A stretch of 64,000 nt of DNA from Candidatus Poribacteria bacterium. GTDB taxonomy: Bacteria; Poribacteria; WGA-4E; PCPOR2b. The stretch is taken from positions 3,584,001 through 3,648,000 of the forward strand of contig OZ242326.1 of NCBI GenBank assembly GCA_965208325.1, in the 5' to 3' direction. This document shows, piece by piece, positions 59,765 to 64,000 of this stretch (position 1 is the first letter of the stretch; each line of letters begins with the position of its first letter). A program made the position numbers and the translations under genes. Under the pieces are notes generated by a model. It was not told the origin of the DNA, ran no database searches, and saw only the letters and a list, made by a program, of their open reading frames with translations.

Positions 59765-61858
59765 ATGGCAGACACAAAGATTTTAATTGTTGAGAACACC
59801 GGCGCTTTAGACCGAGAGATTGAGAACCGATTAAAAACGCTTGGATACACCGTTTGCACCTCGGCTTCATCTGGGGCGCAAGCCATCGAAGAGATATCGG
59901 AAATGCAGCCTGATATGGTCATGGTCAAACTGGGACTCGAAAGTGCTATGTCTGCCGTCGAAGCTGCGGAGGAAATATACTACCAGTTCAATATCCCGGT
60001 AATGTTCTTGATTGACTCGATAACGGAAAATGTATTGGAAAAAATAAAGCGGGCAGGTGTATTTGGTCATGTCTTTAAACCGTTCGACGCGAATCAATTA
60101 TACTTGGGCATAGAACAGTATCTCCACTGGCATCACGATATCACCAAATATGAAACGAACGAAGTGCAATCAAATAAAACTATCAGTGAGTTGCGCCATC
60201 AAACCCAATTGATGAAAACCGTTTTTGATAGTATGTATGACGGTATTGTCGTCCTGAGTTTAGCAGGTGAGATATTGTTCATCAACCCAAGTATACGACA
60301 ATTGTTCGGTACGGTGCCCTTGGGTGAATTACGCAGCGAATGGTCTGAAAGGCACGGTGTATTTTATCCCGATAAAGAAACACGTCTTCCAATCGATCAG
60401 ATTCTGTCCACACATCTCGCCCAAGGTGTAGCAATTAGGGATGAAGAGCTTTTCATTCGCAATGAGCAACGGACGGAGGGAGTCCACATCAGGGCTAGTG
60501 CCATCCCTTTATTTGATGAGAATCAAAAGGCTGTCGCCTGTGTGTGCGTAATTCGCGACATCACTAAGGACAAATTAGCAACCATACAGTTGGAACAAAC
60601 GATGCAGGAATTGGAAAATCAGGTTCAGCTGACGAATACCATTTTTAATAGTATGGGGGATGGCGTAATCGCTGTTGATGCAAGAGGCGCCTTCAAAATT
60701 TTTAATCCTAGCGCCGAACGAATTCTCGGAAACGGCCCATTAGATACATCGCCTGATGGATGGAGTAAGAACTATGGTTTCTTTTTCCCTGATAGAGTTA
60801 CACCCTTTCCATCAGATGAACTGGCACTTGCACGTGCCCTTAAAGGCGAATCCTCGGACGAGGTAGAGATGTTCGTACGTAACCCGAAAGTGCCGGAAGG
60901 CGTTTTTATCAGCATCAGTGGAAGGCCGCTGTATGCCGACGACAGCACTGAGAAAGGAGCCGTGGTCGTTTTCCGCGATGTGACGCATCGAGTGGTTGCC
61001 GAAGAAGCGTTGACGCAAGCATTCGCGCAAGGAAGGTTGGAAATTGTCGAGACCATCCTCCACAATATCGGCAACGCAATCAATAGCGTAATCGTAGGAA
61101 TTAACGTCCTCCACGAGCATTTAGTCGAAAATCAGCTCATCTACCGCTTCTCCGCACTTACCGACATGATTAAAGCACATCAAGAGGATTGGGTTGATTA
61201 CATCAAAAATGACCCGAAAGGGCAGCAAATTCTCCCATTTATGATCGCGCTTGCCACAGATTTTGCCGATCAAAATAAGAAGGTAGCTGAGACACTTGAG
61301 CGTGTCAGGGAAAGAGTAACGCATATCGTCGATATCATCCGCACGCAAAGATCCGATAATCAGTCTAGTATGACCTGGAAAAATATCGACCTGCGACACA
61401 CAATCTTGAGTACGGTCAAATTACAGCAGGATTCGATTGACAAAAGAGGTATCCAAGTTCATATTGACTGCGAATACGCGCCCCAAGAGATTCGCATTCA
61501 GGAGAGTCAATTTCATCAAATGTTGGTGAATCTGGTCAAAAATTCGATTGAAGCGATTGATGAACGTATTCAATCCGATAGATTCGATGAAACACCGAGC
61601 ATCAGCATCAAAGCCTATATCAACGAGGATTTTCTGTGCCTTGATGTTGCCGATAACGGCATTGGCATTGCACAGAAAAACTTGAAGTTGATTTTCACCG
61701 CTGGCTATACGACGAAGCAATCGGGGACTGGGTTAGGCCTTCATTCAAGCGCCAATTTTGTGATTGGATCCGGTGGGAAAATTGTTCCATTGAGCCAGGG
61801 TATAGGCAAAGGCACAACCATCCGAATCATGCTCCGCTGTTCCTCCGTTATTCCGTAA
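59765..61858 (+). CDS. Cytoplasmic sensor histidine kinase: receiver-like, 2x PAS, HisKA, HATPase
   Basis: N-terminal REC fold (KILIVE...KPFD), two PAS domains (FDSMYDGIVV, FNSMGDGVIA), H-box LHNIGNAINS, N/G boxes NLVKNS, DNGIGI and GTGLGL. Confidence 0.92.
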   Translation: MADTKILIVENTGALDREIENRLKTLGYTVCTSASSGAQAIEEISEMQPDMVMVKLGLESAMSAVEAAEEIYYQFNIPVMFLIDSITENVLEKIKRAGVFGHVFKPFDANQLYLGIEQYLHWHHDITKYETNEVQSNKTISELRHQTQLMKTVFDSMYDGIVVLSLAGEILFINPSIRQLFGTVPLGELRSEWSERHGVFYPDKETRLPIDQILSTHLAQGVAIRDEELFIRNEQRTEGVHIRASAIPLFDENQKAVACVCVIRDITKDKLATIQLEQTMQELENQVQLTNTIFNSMGDGVIAVDARGAFKIFNPSAERILGNGPLDTSPDGWSKNYGFFFPDRVTPFPSDELALARALKGESSDEVEMFVRNPKVPEGVFISISGRPLYADDSTEKGAVVVFRDVTHRVVAEEALTQAFAQGRLEIVETILHNIGNAINSVIVGINVLHEHLVENQLIYRFSALTDMIKAHQEDWVDYIKNDPKGQQILPFMIALATDFADQNKKVAETLERVRERVTHIVDIIRTQRSDNQSSMTWKNIDLRHTILSTVKLQQDSIDKRGIQVHIDCEYAPQEIRIQESQFHQMLVNLVKNSIEAIDERIQSDRFDETPSISIKAYINEDFLCLDVADNGIGIAQKNLKLIFTAGYTTKQSGTGLGLHSSANFVIGSGGKIVPLSQGIGKGTTIRIMLRCSSVIP

Positions 61859-61890
61859 GCGATCAACTGAGTGAATAGCGAAGGCGATAG
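61859..61890 (+). repeat. Dispersed ~32-bp repeat family copy
   Basis: GCGATCAACTGAGTGAATAGCGAAGGCGATAG directly after the kinase stop codon. Confidence 0.8.
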
Positions 61891-62032
61891 TTTTCATCAT
61901 GTTCCCCACCCCGAATCTCACAAGGGCGGAGATCGAGCGAGTGGATAGCGAGCGCGATTGAGATCCCGTTTCCCAACCTCGCCGATTCTTAGAATAAACG
62001 CAATTTTAAATTCAACCAACTAGGATATTTAA

Positions 62033-63931
62033 ATGGAATCAACAGAACATAGGAATAATCGCGTCTTAATTGTTGATGACGAAGACGGGATTCATAGCGA
62101 CTTTAAAGATATGTTGAATCCCACACGCGCGTGGGCATTAACGGATCAGTTTGCAGAAACCCTCCTTGACGAGGAGACTGAGAATAATACCTCTTTTCTG
62201 CCCGATTTTGAACTTTTGCACGCGACAAGCGGAGAGGAGGGGTACGATATTATTCGTGCGGGAAAGGAATCAAACTGTCCGATTGCGGTCGCATACATTG
62301 ATGTCAGAATGCCCCCGGGCATTGACGGGATTGAAGCAATCCGTCGCATCAGGAAGATTGAAAAGGACATTGAACTGGTCATAATGACTGCTTACACGGA
62401 TAAACCGCTGCCTGAAATTGTACGCGATATGGAACTGCTTCACAAACTGCTCTATATCCGAAAACCATTCGCGCCGGAGGAAGTTCAGCAAATTACACTC
62501 GCCCTTGTCCAGAAGTGGAACATCGAACGTGAGTTAGCCAAAAAACAGCAGCAAGTCATAACCGATCATCATAGGCTTGAAACCATACTTGATTCTACCC
62601 CCGATGCGGTCGGAATGTTCGATGACGAGGGAAACCTATTGTTTGCAAATCAACACTATCAGCAGCTTTTTGACTTTACAGAAGAACAGTTGAGACAGAT
62701 GTCCCCTAACGAACTAAAAACACGTATTGACGTCCGTTTCCGAACGCCCGAACTTTCCCAACTAGGGCATGCGCCGCCCTCTGATAACCTTGAAAACGTA
62801 GTCGAGGAGATTGGAGATACGAGCCTATCAGGTCCGAGGTTATTTTATCGCTCGATTACTCCGGTGGGGAATGATCAATGCGATTTTGCCGGTAACGTTG
62901 TCAGTTACCGCGATATGTCCAAAGAGCTTGAGATGCAACAGATGAAAACTGAGGTGCACCGCTTACGCGCGGAACTTAACACCGTTCACTCCTTTGATGA
63001 AATAGTATGCAAAAGCCAAATCATGCAGCGGATGTTCGCATTGATGCAACGTGCTGCTGAAAGTGACATTAACGTACTTATTTCAGGTGAGAGTGGGACT
63101 GGTAAAGAATTGGTTGCACGCGCAATCCACTTTAATGGATGTAGGAAGACCGGCCCATTTGTTTCAGTTAATTGCGCTGCCATTCCTGAAACTCTAACTG
63201 AAAGCGAGCTATTCGGACATGAACGAGGGGCTTTCACCGGCGCTGCAACCAAGCGTATCGGCAAATTTGAACATGCAAATGGAGGAACTATCTTTTTTGA
63301 TGAAATTGGCGATATGCAGTTAGCGCTGCAAGCGAAATTGTTGCGTGTTCTCCAAGAACGGCAGATTCAACGCGTCGGTAGTGCAACCAATATCCCAGTC
63401 GACATTCGCGTAATATCAGCGACAAATCAGGAATTGGACGCCATGGTGGAAACGGGATCCTTCCGGGAAGATCTATTCTATCGAATCGCCGCTTTTCCAA
63501 TCGAGGTGCCGCCGCTTAAAGACCGGCGCGAGGATATTCCTCTTTTGGCGCGCCATTTTCTGAAGACCTACGCCGAAAAAACGTCGAAATCCATTAAAGC
63601 CATTTCCGCCGATGCGTTGCAATTGTTGATGCGATATGACTTTCGCGGAAACGTACGCGAGTTACAAAACATCATTGAACGCGCTGTTCTGCTTGAGACC
63701 ACAGAACTGTTGCAATCGAGCAACCTACCACCGCAGATTTCTTCTCAACCCATCTTATCTTCAGCTGATTCAACAACAGTCCTGCCGTTGGAAGAGGTCG
63801 AACGTCAAATACTAGCCCACGCGCTCAAAGCGACAGCTAATGATGTCACGAAGGCTGCCCAAGCATTGAAAATCGGCCGATCAACCCTTTATCGGAAATT
63901 GAAGTCATATAAACTCCTCGGTTCGGATTAA
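62033..63931 (+). CDS. Sigma54-dependent response regulator (REC-PAS-AAA-HTH Fis)
   Basis: VLIVDDE, IDVRMPPG, GESGTGKE, GAFTGA, FFDEIG, GNVREL and IGRSTLYRKL. Confidence 0.94.
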   Translation: MESTEHRNNRVLIVDDEDGIHSDFKDMLNPTRAWALTDQFAETLLDEETENNTSFLPDFELLHATSGEEGYDIIRAGKESNCPIAVAYIDVRMPPGIDGIEAIRRIRKIEKDIELVIMTAYTDKPLPEIVRDMELLHKLLYIRKPFAPEEVQQITLALVQKWNIERELAKKQQQVITDHHRLETILDSTPDAVGMFDDEGNLLFANQHYQQLFDFTEEQLRQMSPNELKTRIDVRFRTPELSQLGHAPPSDNLENVVEEIGDTSLSGPRLFYRSITPVGNDQCDFAGNVVSYRDMSKELEMQQMKTEVHRLRAELNTVHSFDEIVCKSQIMQRMFALMQRAAESDINVLISGESGTGKELVARAIHFNGCRKTGPFVSVNCAAIPETLTESELFGHERGAFTGAATKRIGKFEHANGGTIFFDEIGDMQLALQAKLLRVLQERQIQRVGSATNIPVDIRVISATNQELDAMVETGSFREDLFYRIAAFPIEVPPLKDRREDIPLLARHFLKTYAEKTSKSIKAISADALQLLMRYDFRGNVRELQNIIERAVLLETTELLQSSNLPPQISSQPILSSADSTTVLPLEEVERQILAHALKATANDVTKAAQALKIGRSTLYRKLKSYKLLGSD

Positions 63932-64000
63932 CGCCCCTAATGGTTGCACAAACGCATAATCCTCCGTACCGGTTGTGGTTCCAATCCGTCATTCATCTTG

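Overview
Bacterial chromosomal window. Gene content (HEAT/PDZ/WD40 repeat proteins, many GTAG-type intergenic palindromes) is reminiscent of Candidatus Poribacteria, but this is an impression and was not tested. The left part carries a partial FprA-like reductase, HEAT-repeat lipoproteins, a Ski2/HelY-like helicase, a PfkB kinase and molybdo-hydroxylase maturation genes (moaB, coxE, coxD, mocA). From about 15.3 to 25.5 kb lies an accessory island with orphan ORFs, a 149-bp direct repeat, a gamma-glutamylcyclotransferase and a WD40 protein. The island also holds the main finding: a tightly coupled four-gene operon encoding a FokI-like nuclease, a QatB-like protein starting MGTS, a QatC/QueC-like protein and a degenerate PD-(D/E)XK-fold protein. 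It looks like a non-canonical Qat-related (deazaguanylation-type) anti-phage system lacking QatA and QatD. Next come sugar-acid catabolic genes and a form II coxSLMG cluster. The right half is an energy-metabolism block (nuoA-N with fused nuoCD, 2-oxoacid:ferredoxin oxidoreductase, aceE-aceF-lpd), then a doubly broken hicBA pair and a PAS histidine kinase with a sigma54 activator. No rRNA, tRNA, CRISPR array, integrase or transposase was recognised. All family assignments come from motif recognition, not database searches.
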